Below, one piece after another: positions 35,632 through 48,420 of a DNA stretch of 64,000 nucleotides. The notes beneath the pieces were generated by a model, which was given only the letters and a program-made list of their open reading frames with translations, did no database searches and was not told the origin of the DNA. Source of the stretch: Leucoraja ocellata. Lineage: Eukaryota. The position numbers and the translations under genes are program-made. The DNA lies in the NCBI GenBank assembly GCA_036785375.1, contig JAWMAR010000016.1:4278001-4342000 (forward strand), in the 5' to 3' direction. Every line of letters begins with the position of its first letter. The stretch's first letter is position 1.

Positions 35632-36002
35632 AAGCCTCTCCTTTCCATATACCTGTCCAAATATATTTTAAATGTTGTTATAGTACCTGTATCAACTACC
35701 TCCTCCGACAGCTTGTTTCATATACCCACCACCCCATCTGCATGAAACAGTTGTCCCTCAGGTTCCTACTACATCTTTCTCTACTCACCTTAAACCTACA
35801 GTATGTCTTCAGGTTCTTGATTCCCTATCTATCCCACTCATGATCTTATACACCTCTATGAGATTACCCCTCACCTTCTTGCCGTCCAAGGAACAAAGAC
35901 CTATCATGCCCAACCTCTCCCTATCGCTCAACCCCTCAAGTCATGGCAACATTCTCGTAAAAACTCTCTGCATTGTTCCCTGTTCAACAACATCTTTCCT
36001 GT

Positions 36003-37445
36003 GATAGACACAAAAATCTGGAGTAACTCAGCGGCACAGGCAGCATCTCTGGAGAGAAGGGATGGGTGACGTTTCGGTTCGAGACCCTTCTTCAGACAGG
36101 TTAGGATTAAGGGAAACGAGAGATAGAGACGGTGATGTGGAGAGATAAAAACCAATGAATGAAAGATATGCAAAAAAGTAACAATGATAGGGAAACAGGC
36201 CAATGTAAGCTGTTACTAGGGTGACAATGCCGGGTGTTATATTCCAGACAGTAGAATGAACAATAACTTACACACAGGCTGGCTGGATCACAAGAGAGAT
36301 TTATTACCCAACATTCCCTACTTATATACAAGACCAACTCATTAGCATATAATGAATATGCATGAATACATTACACCGGGCTTACCTGAAGTGAGAGAAA
36401 TCAATATTCCTACCATTGGGCTGTAAGCTGCCCAAACGAAATATGAGATGCTGTTCCTCCAATTTGCATTTAGCCTCATTCTGACAATGGAGGAGACTGA
36501 GGGTAGAAAGGTCTGTGTAGGAATGGGAAGGAGAATTGAAGTGTCCAGCAACCGGGAGATCAGGTTTGTTCAGGCGGGCTGAGCGGAGGTGATCAACAAA
36601 ACGATCGTCTCACTGAGGTATAAGAGTCCACATCTTGAACAATGTATACAGTAGATGAGGTTGGAGGAGGTGCAAGTGAACCTCTGCTGAACCTGAAAGG
36701 ACTGTCGGGGTCCCTGGACAGAGTGGAGGGAGGAGGTATAGCGACAGGTGTTGCATCTTCTGCGGTTGCAGGGGAAAGTACCTGGGGAGGGGTGGGAAGG
36801 GATGAGCTAATGAGGGAGTTGCGGAGGGAACGGTCTCTGCGGAAGGCGGAAAGGGATGGAAATGTGGCTAGTGGTGGGATCCCATTAGAGGTGGCGGACA
36901 TTTCGGAGGATTATATGTTGTGTGTGACGGCTGATGGGGTGGAAGCTAAGGACTAGGGGGACTCTGTCTCTGTTGCAACTAGGGGGAGGGGAGGCAAGGG
37001 CAGAGCTGAGGGGTACTGAGGAGACATGAGTGAGGGCCTCATCTATGATGGGAGAGGGGAACCCCCGTTCCCTAAAGAATGAGGACATCTCGAATGTTCT
37101 AGTATGGAACACCTCATCTTGGGTGTAGATGCGACGTAGAAGGAGGAATTGGGAGTAGGGGATAGAGTCTTTGCAGGAAACAGGGTGGGAAGAAGTGCAG
37201 TCGAGATAGTTGTGGGAGTCAGTGGGTTTGTAATGGACGTCAGTCAATAGCCATCGTTACCTTTTTGCTTATCTTTCATTCATTGTTCTATATCTCTCGT
37301 TTCTCTTTTCCATAACCAGTCTGAAGAAGGGTTTCGACCTAAAACTTCACCCAAACTTTCCCTCCAGAGATGCTGCCTGTACCGTTGAGTTACTCCAGCT
37401 TTTTGTGTCTATCTTCGGTTTAAACCAGTATCTGCAGAACATCGT
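36003..37445 (-). mobile_element. Penelope-like element (RT thumb and GIY-YIG remnants) with inverted pLTR at the truncated 5' end
   Basis: TDVHYKPTDSHNYLD..SHP..KDSIPYSQF..RRI, RVPLVLSFHP, SAFRRDRSLRNSL; pLTR 36003-36210 (minus) and 37252-37445 (plus), each with a hammerhead motif. Confidence 0.9.
36235..36375 (-). mobile_element. 141-bp solo LTR (Gypsy/BEL-like)
   Basis: TGTTAT...ATTACA termini; CCGGG 5-bp TSD (36230-36234, 36376-36380); minus-strand TATATAA (36322-36328) upstream of AATAAA (36300-36305). Confidence 0.8.
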
Positions 37446-37829
37446 TCCTGCAGCAGGGTGACTGAAATCGAACCCAGTACTCCAAATAAGGCCTCACTAA
37501 TGTCTTGTACACCAACGTTGGATATTTTTTTCAATTTGAGCTGATATCTGCAAGACACATCAGCGAAAGATAACAGTTGTTGTATGATAACGAGCATATG
37601 GACTGGTTGACTTACAGCTTGATTTGGCCTGACAACAGAAAAGAATAGTCGCTGGATTACTATCTTCTCCATATATAATACATCTGCTAACAGGATATAA
37701 GCAATGTCATTAGAGATATACATTAGCACAGAATGAGAAATGGCACGAAGCAACATCCCTGTTTACCAATCTCATAACTGACCTGTTCACCATCTGTCTG
37801 AGACTGTTGATATTGCACAAACCCCCCCC

Positions 37830-38215
37830 CCCCAACGACTCTTCACGCAGCCTCAGAAAAGCAGCTAACATAATTAAGGACCACTCAGACCCCGGTCATT
37901 CTCTCTTCACCGCTCTCCTGTCAGGCAGATGGTATAAAAGCTTGAAGCAAGAATTACCAGTTTCAAGAACAGCATATTCTCCTCTATTATCAGACTCCTC
38001 TGTTAATGGTCCTCTCATTTGCTTTGAATTTTTTCCCAATCTTCCAATCTATCTTGTTGCACCTCTTGAACTTCTTTTATTTGCACTTTCTCTCTAGATG
38101 TAACACTATATTCTTCATTCTGTTTCATTTCTCTTTTGCTGTTGTATTTGTGCATGGTGTGATTGTACTCAAGTGTGGCATGCTTTGCTTGGATAGCATG
38201 CAAAGCAAAGTGTTT
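37830..38215 (+). mobile_element. Old Rex1/Babar 3' fragment
   Basis: LRKAANIIKDHSDPGHSLF..LLSGRWYKSL. Confidence 0.75.
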
Positions 38216-38217
38216 TA

Positions 38218-38410
38218 ACTGGAGTAATTCAACCGGTCAGGCAGCATCTTTGTAGAATGTTGATAGGTAACGATTTGGACCAGGATCCTCCATCTGAAGA
38301 AGGGTCTTGACCTGAAACGTCACCTATCCATGTTCTGCAGAGATGCTGCCTGACCAGCAGAGTTACTCCAGTACTTGGTGTCATTTTGGAAAAAATAACC
38401 GTTTCTTGTA
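38218..38410. mobile_element. Head-to-head Penelope-derived pair
   Basis: Plus arm CTGAAGAAGGGTCTTGACCTGAAACGTCACC at 38294. Confidence 0.75.
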
Positions 38411-38926
38411 TCTACAATGTTTTCATTGTGTTTTTTCAGTTTGTTTAACATTAATAAACTAATATTAATTGTAATAACAATGTTAAAGGGAGCCCATCAA
38501 TACCTGAACTTCCTTAGAGATTGAGGTGATACGATATGTTGATAAATATTTTCTTGAGCTTCTGCAGGTGTACCATAGAGAGCATATTGTCGTTCAGTTA
38601 CTCAAACCCCCATGAACAAAGTAGATTATAGTGAGTGGTGGACACTTCCTGGTCCATCAGAAGTACTGACCTCTCCACCATTGAAGAGATCAGGGAGGAG
38701 CTGCCTCAAAAAAGAAGCAAATCACTTCTATCAATTGCTGCCGTTCACTATGATGTCTTCCTCTAATCATTCCTCGTGCATTTCTACATCCAGTTCACAT
38801 CCCAATCTAACACTGCAATGATAAAACAAGGAACAATTGGGAAGCTGTTGCAACTTTTATCTCCAGCCAATATTGAACGTAATTTGTGTCCTGCCAAGGT
38901 GAAGCCTGCTGTATGATTTTACAGGA

Positions 38927-39240
38927 TTAGTTTAGTTTTGTTTAGAGATATAGCATGGAAACATACCCTGCGCCCCACCAACTCCACGCTGATAAGCAAT
39001 CCCCACACGCCAACACTATCCTAAACACTAGGGACAATTTACAACTTTTACTGAAGTAAAAATTAACTTACAAACCTGTACGTGTTTGGAGTGTGGGAGG
39101 AAACTGGAGCACCCAGAGAAAACCCACGCAGGTCACGTGGTGAATGTACAAACTCCGTACAGACAGCACCAGTAGTCAGGATCAAACCCGGGTCCCTGGC
39201 GCTGTAAGGCAGCAACTCTACCGCTGCGCCACAGGGCCAC
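38927..39240 (-). mobile_element. HE1-like V-SINE
   Basis: Full-length match. Confidence 0.9.
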
Positions 39241-39925
39241 CATTGTGCACAAAACAAAAGAATTTCACTGTACATGTACATGTGGCAATAAACTGTTATA
39301 GAATAGGTGACTCATTGAACTGTGACACAGCCAGGAATACCAGACCAAAGAACTTGTTGCAAAACTTGAAGTTTATTCTAGTGTACTAAAGGATGAAAAC
39401 CATTGCTAGATGTATATAGGCATTTTAACTGCTGTCCCAAAGAAATGAATTTCAAACTATGTAAGATAATCAGAACCAAACTTTAAGAGGCTTATTTATA
39501 CATGCTGTAGTTTTAGCAGTAAATCCTTTGCAGTTTTGTTACAGGAGATAATGTATTTTTTTCCATTGTTACATGTTTTAAATGTATATTGATTTAGTTT
39601 GTTGATTTACCCAGTTGCGAGTATAATTTCATTTAAACTTTATTGCTTTCTAAGTCAGCTTTGCCGAGGGGTGAGCCATATGATTCTGCGATAACAAAAT
39701 GCCAAGATACTGTCGAGTCACAAGAGCAATCACTGTATCCATGGTTTGCATTCTGCTTGACGTTCTTGGCAAATGGAAGCATTCCATCAGTAAATCAGCG
39801 TTCCAGCCATCTCATTCAACCCACAATAGTAATTCATGTCAATTCCTCACCACAAATTCTGAATTTGAGTTTGGGCTGGTTAATTATTATGTGTTCATTA
39901 TCTCCCAAGCTTCACTTCACATTGA

Positions 39926-40232
39926 TGGCACGGTGGCGCAGTGGTAGAGATTCTGTCTTACAGCACTCACAGCGCCCGAGACCTGGGTTCGATCCCGACC
40001 ATGGGTGCTGTCTGTACGGAGTTTGTACCTTCTCCCCGTGACCTGTGTGGGTTTTCTCCGAGATCTTCGCTTTCCTCCCACACTCCAAAGACGTACAGGT
40101 TTGTAGGTTAATTGGCTTGTTGTATGTGTAAATTGTCCCTAGTGTGTGTAGGATAGTGTTAATGTGCGAGGTCGCTGGTCTGCGCGGAATCGGTGGGCCG
40201 AAGGGCCTGTTTCAGCGCTGTATCTCTAAACA
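39926..40232 (+). mobile_element. HE1-like V-SINE (well preserved)
   Basis: GGCACGGTGGCGCAGTGGTAGAG..GGTTCGATCCC; V-domain; GGGCCGAAGGGCCTGTTTC..TATCTCTAAA tail. Confidence 0.92.
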
Positions 40233-40459
40233 AAATTATCACATGAGGTAGGGAGCAACCAGCAGTTCTTATTTTAAACCTTACTTTCCCACTCTTCTAC
40301 TTAGAGTCTAGCATTGCAAGTGGATAACTCATTTGTTCATTCTTACACAATGAAAATCAGGATGTGCACTAGAAAACCTAGCCTGTTTTTATGTAAAATC
40401 TAGAATGCTAGAAACATGCCCAGAAAATGAAATATAGTATGATATTTGTTTATTACATA

Positions 40460-40930
40460 CATAGAAATATAGAAAATAGATGCAGGAGTGGGCCATTCAG
40501 CCCATCGAGCCAACACTGCTATTCAATATGATTATGGCTGACCATCCTAAATCAGTAACCCATTCCTGCTTTCTTCCCATAACCCTTGATTCCATTAGCC
40601 CTAAGAGCTATATCTAACTCTCTTGAAAGCATCCGGTGAATTGGCCTCCACTGCCTTCTGTGGCAGAGAATCCCACTCCACTTTCGAGGGAATAAATTCC
40701 ACAAAAGTATTGAAACAGCATGGACACACATCCTTCAGTCCGCTGACTCCATCAATCACACCAGTGCCAAATAACCTACAAACCCGCACATCTTTAGGAT
40801 GTGGGAGGAAACCGAACCATCTGCGAAGAAACCCATGCAGTAACAGGGAGAACATGCAAACTCCACACAGACAGTGCCTGAAGTCAGGATCGAGGCAGTA
40901 GCTCTACCAGCTGCGCCACAGTGCCACCCG
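40460..40930 (-). mobile_element. CR1 3' end followed by an HE1-like SINE
   Basis: CR1 tail 40460-40675; SINE 40715-40930. Confidence 0.75.
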
Positions 40931-42180
40931 TTGAGAAACATAAATTTGTATCTATCCAGAGTCTCAGCACATCTCTGAAATGTCAATGTGACTTGGAGAT
41001 AAAGTGACAGGTGAAGTAAGGGTTGGAGGATTAGTAACAGCAGTAGGTTAATAACAAATGATGCTGAGTTCCTGTATCTAAGCGATAGTTTGCTTGTTCC
41101 CTTGTAGTGCACCTTGCAGTGCAATCAGAGAGAACAATTTGGCAGGGTTGGTTAGGGCTTCAGTTTTTCATTTCAAACATTGATGCCAATCTATTCTTAG
41201 TACTCTCGGTATAATTAAACACAGAACATTGACTTTGGAGTGAGTAATGGTTGTGAGACCACACAAAGCTAGTAAATCCCAAAACTCTGATGAACGGCAC
41301 CATGATGCTAATCCTAGACTAATACTGTGACAGACAAAGAGCTTGGGCTGGTTTGATCTACAGTAGTTCCCTATAAGAAGGGTCCTGACCCGAAACGTCA
41401 CCTATCCATTTTCTTCAGAGATCCTGCCTCATCCACTGAGTTTTTCCACCATTTTGTGCCTATCCTAAGTAAAAAAAAACAGCAACTGCAGTAAATGTTT
41501 ATTACATTATTCCAATTTAAAATGTCAGTATTAGTTAATAACTAAAATTTGATTCAATCAATCTGCTTAATAATATTTTATCGTTGTCAAATCTAGACGG
41601 ATTGTGTTTGGGACTTGCACTTATCAAGGTTTGGACCACACTGTCATAACATAATCCAATGTAGAAGCATTATGGACCGTGAATGACATTTATGTAATTC
41701 TGTAGGTGTGAGAATATGATTGAGTTGATTCATATGTTTAATTTCAAAAGAATAATGATTTCACTTCTTCAAACAAACTCACCATTCATTTGTGACATTC
41801 CATATTTACTGGAAAATACATGTGTTTATTAAGGTAAATAATGATGTGTAAATTATTAGCATGGAATAATTGTGCTAAATATAATGTCTTAAAAGCAATT
41901 AACTTTTATACTTCGGAAACAGGAAATCTATGTTATGATTGAATGGACACTCATTTTACTAGTCAAAGTTACAGTCATTATTGATTTTCCAATTCAGCCC
42001 ACAAATGGAATTCTTATTTCCTTATGATATGGAAAAAGGCCACTCAACCCATTAGGTCGATGCCAGCCCTCAGAGCCATCTACTTCCCTCGATGATTTGC
42101 GCTCTCACAAGCCAATGTACACCCTGCAATCTTCCCACCATCCACGTATGCAAAGGATAATTTATAGAAGTCAATTAATC

Positions 42181-42490
42181 CTTCTTAAGACTGAGAGTTA
42201 GGGGTGAGGGAAGCACAGAGATATGGCAGGGTAAGGTGTGAAAACAAGAGATCAAAGGGGACAAGGATCAAGAAAATGTAGAATAGATAATTTGATCACT
42301 TGTTTTCACACCTTACCCTGCCATATTTCTGTGTCTCCCTCACCCCTGACTCTCAGTCTGAAGAAGGGTCTTGACCCAAAACATCACCCATTCCTTCTAT
42401 CCAGAGGTGCTGTTTGTCTCACCAAGCTACTCCAGAATTTTGTGTCAATCTTCGGTGTAAACCAGCATCTGCAATTCCCTCCCAACACAC
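42181..42490. mobile_element. Penelope pLTR with inverted partial copy
   Basis: 42181-42256 is the reverse complement of 42291-42366; hammerhead-like CTGAAGAAGGGTCTTGACCC at 42358. Confidence 0.85.
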
Positions 42491-42778
42491 AAGAAATCAA
42501 AGCATCCAGAGTAAATCAATGCATTCACGGGTGCAGTGACCCAGTTTAGATGCAGTGACCCAGTTTAGTATGGGTGTCACAAACATTCATGCTGCTCTTA
42601 ACTAGCCTCCTGCCAAATAAGTTCCAACATTAAACTCTTCATGGAGTCCAGCAGCAATATAATGTAACTGGGGCAGTACCGTAGTTTAGCGGTAGAGTTG
42701 CTGCCTTACAGCACTTGAAGCATTGGAGACCTGGGTTCGATCCTGATTACAGGTGCTGTCTGTAAGGGGTTAGTACGT

Positions 42779-43058
42779 TGGCAGCGTGCAAGACGGCCTG
42801 CCGTGCCGGCGGATGAGGAGCGAGTGGAGCCTGGCGGCCCGGATACGGATAGCGGGGGGAGATGGAGAGAGAGAGATAGAGAGGGGGGCTGCCCAGAGTT
42901 GAACTGTAGGTGTCCTGACATGGCCGGAGACCCCCTAGATTTTGAGGCCCTAGGCTACAGCCGATGAAGCCTGGTGGTAAATCCGGCTCTGCGAGGTCCC
43001 CCTAGACCTCGAGGCCCTAAGCTTAAGCTTGTCTAGTTTATAGGTAAATCCGGCCCTG
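42779..43058. mobile_element. hAT-like right end(s) inserted in an HE1 SINE
   Basis: Two tandem termini, GGTAAATCCGGCTCTG (ending 42991) and GGTAAATCCGGCCCTG (ending 43058), resembling CAGGGCCGG-type TIRs. Confidence 0.55.
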
Positions 43059-43759
43059 CCTGTGTGTGTAGAATAGTGTTACTGTGCTGGGATCGCTGGT
43101 CGGTGCGGACTCAGTGGGCCAAAAGGCCTGTTTCCACGTTGTATCTCTGAAACTAATCTGCAGCTTCTCATCAGTTAGGGTGGAAACTGTCTGCCCAACC
43201 TGGGCCTAGATCAGTGCAGCGTCTTTGAATGAAAAGGGATGTCATTAAGGACCAAGAGAAGTATTAGAAAATTGATATTTTTCAATGAATTGAGTTTAGG
43301 GTTAGGATTATGCTATTTTTAATATCTGACAATATTTTTTAAAAATTGGATTAGTTATTTTTTAATCATTTTTGCATTCAGATGCATACAAACAACATGT
43401 CAACTTTAATCAATAGATAAGCCAGAGGATGTGGTCTATTCAGCCAGTGTAAAGTGTGGTAGTTTGTTCTTTTCTGCAAATCCATGGGTAAGAGTTAATC
43501 TGATTTTCTTTGTATGATAGTATCGCGTTGCTGCCTTACAGCGCCAGAGACCCAGGTTCTCTCCTGATTGTGGATGCTGTCCGCACAGAGTTTGTACATT
43601 CTCTCTGTGACTGCGTGCGTTTTCTCTGGGTGCTCTGGTTTTCTCCCACTCTCCAAAGACTCAATTGTCTTCTGTAAGTTATCCCCAGTGTGTAGCGTGA
43701 TAACTAGCATGAACAGGTGATCGTTGGTCAGCGTGGACTGAAGGGCTTGTATCTATGGA

Positions 43760-44180
43760 GTGGCTGGGGTTGTATATTCTGGAATTTAGAAGGATGAGAG
43801 GGGTTCTTATTGAAACATATAGGGTTATAAAGGGTTTGGACACGCTAGAGGCAGGAAACATGTTCCCGATGTTGGGAGAGTCCAGAACCAGGACACATTT
43901 TAAGAATAAGGGGTAAGCCATTTAGAACGGAGATGAGGAAACACTTTTTCACACAGAGAATTGTGAGTTTGTGGATTTCTATGCCTCAGAGGGGGGTGGG
44001 GTTCGGTTCTTTGGATACTTTCAAGCGAGCTAGATAGAGTTCATAAAGATAGTGGAATCAGGAGATATGGTGAGAAGGCAGGAACTGATTGGGGATGATC
44101 AGCCATGATCACATTGAATGGCGGTGCTGGCTTGAAGGGCCAAATAGCCTACTCCTGCACCTATTGTCTATTGTATATTG
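43760..44180 (+). mobile_element. CR1/HER1 LINE 3' end splitting an HE1 SINE (43525-43760, 44183-44215)
   Basis: Closely similar to the reverse complement of 5378-5797. Confidence 0.9.
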
Positions 44181-45164
44181 TCATGCTGTATCTCTAAACA
44201 AAACGAATCAAAACTAATGCTGACACTGGTATCTGCTAAAGATAAGTTCCAACATTATCAAATGAGCGGTTGAAAAGTACAAAAGGGCGTCTTGCCACTG
44301 ACAGATAATTCTGAGCCTAGGATTTTGGCTGAAGGTAGAAAGAATGATATTGGTCTTCCCATTCATTAATTTGATGTGCCCTAGTTTAATAGCATCAGAA
44401 TGAAAATTTGTGAATTAGCAGAGTGAAGTGAAATATGATGAGGATAGGGAAAGAACTTGACAGAAACTGTGGCTTGGCCTGTAGATACTATGAACTGCAG
44501 ATACTGTTTTACAAAAAAAGACACAAAGTGCTGGAGTAACTCAGCAGGTCAAGCAGCATTTCGGGAGCACATGGATAGATGACCTCCTATCCATGTCCTC
44601 AAGGGATGTTGCCTGACCTGTTGAATTATGTGTCATGTTAGTAAATGGCGGAAGAAGTAAAAGACACAGAATGCTGGAGTTCCTCAGCATGTTGGGCACC
44701 ATCTGGAGTAACGAGCGATTTTACACAAATTTGTCAGAGAAAATTAGCACACTTTGCGAAAATTGTCTCTTCATTTTTTAGTGGGACATTTGGTTTCCAG
44801 CACTCTTTATCTAGTGTAATTTCCCTCAAAAGACACTAACGCACTAAATACTATCTGCAATGTAATCTTCAACCTCTTATTATGAACAAGCAGATTTTGT
44901 TGACTTTGGTTCCTATGAAACCATGTGATTTAATTAGTCAAAACATAAAACAATGTTCTGATGTTCATTGAAATCTCTGACTCTCTGGGACTTTAAATAC
45001 CTTTTAAATGGACCTGGAGGATGCCTGATAACCTTTTGCACAAAGAACGTGTCTCTCACTGGCACTGTTATTCATAGGCACATAATTTCACTGTAACTGT
45101 TTCAGAATGCTCTCTCACTAACTAGCCAATCCTTTCTCATCACATCAATCACTTTCTTCCATTC

Positions 45165-45525
45165 ATAGAGTCATAGTCATAGTCTTACAGCAGAGAAAAA
45201 GACCCTTGGGCCCAACTTGCACATATTGGCTAACATGTCCCATCTCAACTAGTCCCACCTGTTGATGTTTGGCCCATATCCCTCTAAACCTGTCCTATCC
45301 ATGTACCCATCTAAATGTTTTTTAAATGTTGCGATAGTACCTGCCTCAACTACCTCCTTAGGCAGTTCATTCCATACACCCACTACCCTTTGTGTGAAAA
45401 AAGTTACCCCTCAGGTTCCTATTAAATCTTTTCACCCTCACCATAAACCTATGTCCTCTGGTTCTCGATTCCCCTACTCTGGGCAAGAGACTCTGTGCGT
45501 CTACCCGATCTATTCCTCTCATGAT
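45165..45525 (-). mobile_element. CR1 LINE 3' end
   Basis: KIMRGIDRVDAQSLLPRVGESRTRGHRF. Confidence 0.88.
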
Positions 45526-46107
45526 TTTGGACTCATCATGTTGCAGCAATGTTCCCCTGGAGTTGGAAGAGTGAAGTTTGCAATGTGGTGTTTCCTTTAG
45601 GAGATGACTACAATAATTGCACCTACTGGTTTTCTACTGAGCTGACAATTCAGCAATGGGGAACAACGCACCAAAGTTCTGCTGTGCCCTTGGAGGTCAG
45701 GATCACAGTCATTCTCAGCTATATTGCTTCTGACTGCTCCTGCAGATCATTATCAAATCTCCCAACTGATGCCAACTGCTGCAGGGGACATAGCTGCCAA
45801 GTATGTTCAATTAGAATTCAGTTAGAATTGGATGGATTTTTATCAATTGAAGGAAATGAAAGAATGAAGAAATATGAGATTAATGAAAAAACCTTGAACT
45901 GAGGTAAAGGATTAGCCATGAATTGCAGAGCAGGCACAAGGAGCTAAATAGCCTGCTCCTGCTCCTACTTCTTATGTGCTTACAGGGAGGTCAGCCAAAA
46001 CATCATTTATTCTTCAGCCTTTAACAGCAGGCAGCTCATGGGGATTTGGCTGTATCGTCGACTTCTCTGAACTGCAGCCAAACCTTGACACCTTCCAGAG
46101 GTCTCCC

Positions 46108-46242
46108 AAGATTCAAGATTCAAGAGAGGTTATTGTCATGGGTCCCAGATAGGACAATGACATTCTTGCTTTGCTTCAGCACAACAGAATATTATAGGCA
46201 TAAATAAATACAGAACAGATCAGTGTGTCCATATACCATTGA

Positions 46243-46275
<33 letters not shown>

Positions 46276-46676
46276 TAAATAAGCAGATAAAGTGCAATAG
46301 GCTATTAAAGTTCAGATTTTTGTTTGAGTTGAGTTTAATAGTCTGATGGCAGTGGGGAAGAAGCTGTTCCTGAACCTGGATGTTCCAGATTTCAGGCTCC
46401 TGTACCTTCTACCTGAAGGCAGCGGAGAGATGAGTGTGTGGCCAGGATGGTGTGGGTTCTTGATGATGTTGGCAGCCTTTTTGAGGCAGCGACTGCGATA
46501 GATCCCCTCGATGGTAGGGAGGTCAGAGCCGATGATGGACTGGGCAGTGTTTACAACTTTTTGCAGTCTTTTCCGTTCCTGGGCACTCAAGTTGCTGAAC
46601 CAAGCCACGATGCAACCGGTCAGCATGCTCTCTACTGTGCACCTGTAGAAGTTTGAGAGAGTCCTCCTTGACATAC
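46108..46676 (-). mobile_element. Rex1/Babar LINE 3' end
   Basis: FYRCTVESMLTGCIVAWF..ERKRLQKVVNTAQSIIG..LPSGRRYRSL..RFRNSFFP; (AAGATTC)n tail. Confidence 0.92.
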
Positions 46677-46913
46677 TAATCTCTTGCCAGGGGACCTTCC
46701 TGTAGACCGGGTGGATGCCTGATAACATTATGCACAAAGAGCGTGCCTCTCACTGCCACTATTATTCATTGACACATCAGTTCGTCGTGATTGTTTCTGA
46801 GTGCTCCTTCACAAACCAACCAATCCCCTCTCCTCGCACCTATCATTGTATTACCCATTCATTTGGTCGCAATATTCCCCTAAATCTGGAAGAGTGATAT
46901 TTGTAATGTGGTA

Positions 46914-46990
46914 GGCATGCCGCTGAGTTACTCCAGCATTTTGTGTTTATCTTCAGTGTAAACATGCACCTGCAGTTCCTTCCTTCATTT
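46914..46990 (+). mobile_element. 5'-truncated Penelope-derived short element with 14-bp TSD
   Basis: TTTGTAATGTGGTA at 46900-46913 and 46991-47004. Confidence 0.8.
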
Positions 46991-47447
46991 TTTGTAATGT
47001 GGTAAATCCCTTAAGAGATGGCTACAATGGTTACACCGACTGGTTTCCTACTGAACGTACAATACAGCAATAGGGATCAACACATCAAGACTGGCAATGA
47101 CACTACTGCATCCATCACAGGTGAGCTTGTTTCTCCTTCATCTGACTTTCATGAACGCCATTAAGCTGACCATAATGTCACCTTAGCAACAACATAATGG
47201 CACAGTGCAATTTCTGGCAAAGGTTTGAGGTGTCTACCTTTACTTGTGTTCTCATTGCTGTAAGATGCAACTTAAACAAATAATGTCATGCAAGCTTAAA
47301 TAGAAATATTTCTGACATATCATGGTGCAAAATCTTTTGTGATATTGAGCAATGCTTCAAAAGGTCATTACCACAAATTCAACATATATTAATACTAACA
47401 TCGTGTCGGATGGAGAATGATGGTGAAATCAGTCAAAAACAATGAAA

Positions 47448-47685
47448 ACACGAGGAACCGCAGATGCTGGTTTACAAAAAAAGGACACAAAATGCTGGAG
47501 TTACTCAGCGGTTCAGGTGTCACTGCTGGGGAACATGGAAAGGTGACTTTTCGAGGTGGGACCATTCTTCAGACAGTTATGTCTTCAGGAGTGTGAGGAA
47601 GGGTCCCGACCCGAAACATTACCTATTCATGTACTCCAGTGATACCGCCTGACCTGCTGAGTTACTCCAACAGTTTGTGTCTTTT
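47448..47685. mobile_element. Head-to-head Penelope-derived pair
   Basis: Minus arm to ~47575; plus arm GAAGGGTCCCGACCCGAAAC from ~47598. Confidence 0.75.
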
Positions 47686-48174
47686 TATTATGTCAAAAAC
47701 AATACTACTTTTACAGAACCTGCTGAAGTAGAAAAATATTAGACACCTGCAGGCTGTGAAGGTCAGAATACCAGGAGGGAATGAGCTAAAACAATGTTCA
47801 GATAACCAATGACAAATCATACATTTAATTTCCAAGGAATGTACTAACAAGATACGGTCTCAAAACAGAACATTAATTAAATCAACAAGGGATGCATTAA
47901 TGAGGAGTGATTGTCAATGCAGGTAGATTTATGGACAGAATATTAATTAAGGAACAGAGAACAATAAACCAGCATCTGCAATTCCTTGTGTTTAAGGTCA
48001 AAATATTTAGAAATATGTATGCACAGAATTACATTGGTGCAAGGGTGGAGAAATGGTGAGGTAAAAGTCATTAGATAAGAATATGAGCAAGTTGACAAAC
48101 TGAGGGTGAAAAGCAGACATGTAGCAAAATATTAGATCGTTTGGAAGATTCTTGATTATAATGTAAACCCATCT

Positions 48175-48420
48175 AGGAGAAGAGGGAGAGGGAGAGAGAG
48201 AGGAGGAGAAAGGGAGAGGCAGAGAGATGGGGAGAAAAGGAGGGAGGGAGAGAGAGAGAGTGGGGGAGAAAAGGAGAGGAAGGAGAGAAAAGGAGGGGGA
48301 GAAAAGGAGAGGGAGAGAGAGAAAAGGAGGGAAAGAAAAGGAGAGGGAGAGAGAGAAAGGGTGAGGGTGAGGGAGAGAGGGAACTGGAGAGGGAGAGAGA
48401 GAGAGAAAATAAAAGGGAAA
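48175..48420 (+). repeat. Polypurine (GA-rich) low-complexity tract
   Basis: ~245 bp almost exclusively A/G on the plus strand. Confidence 0.9.
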
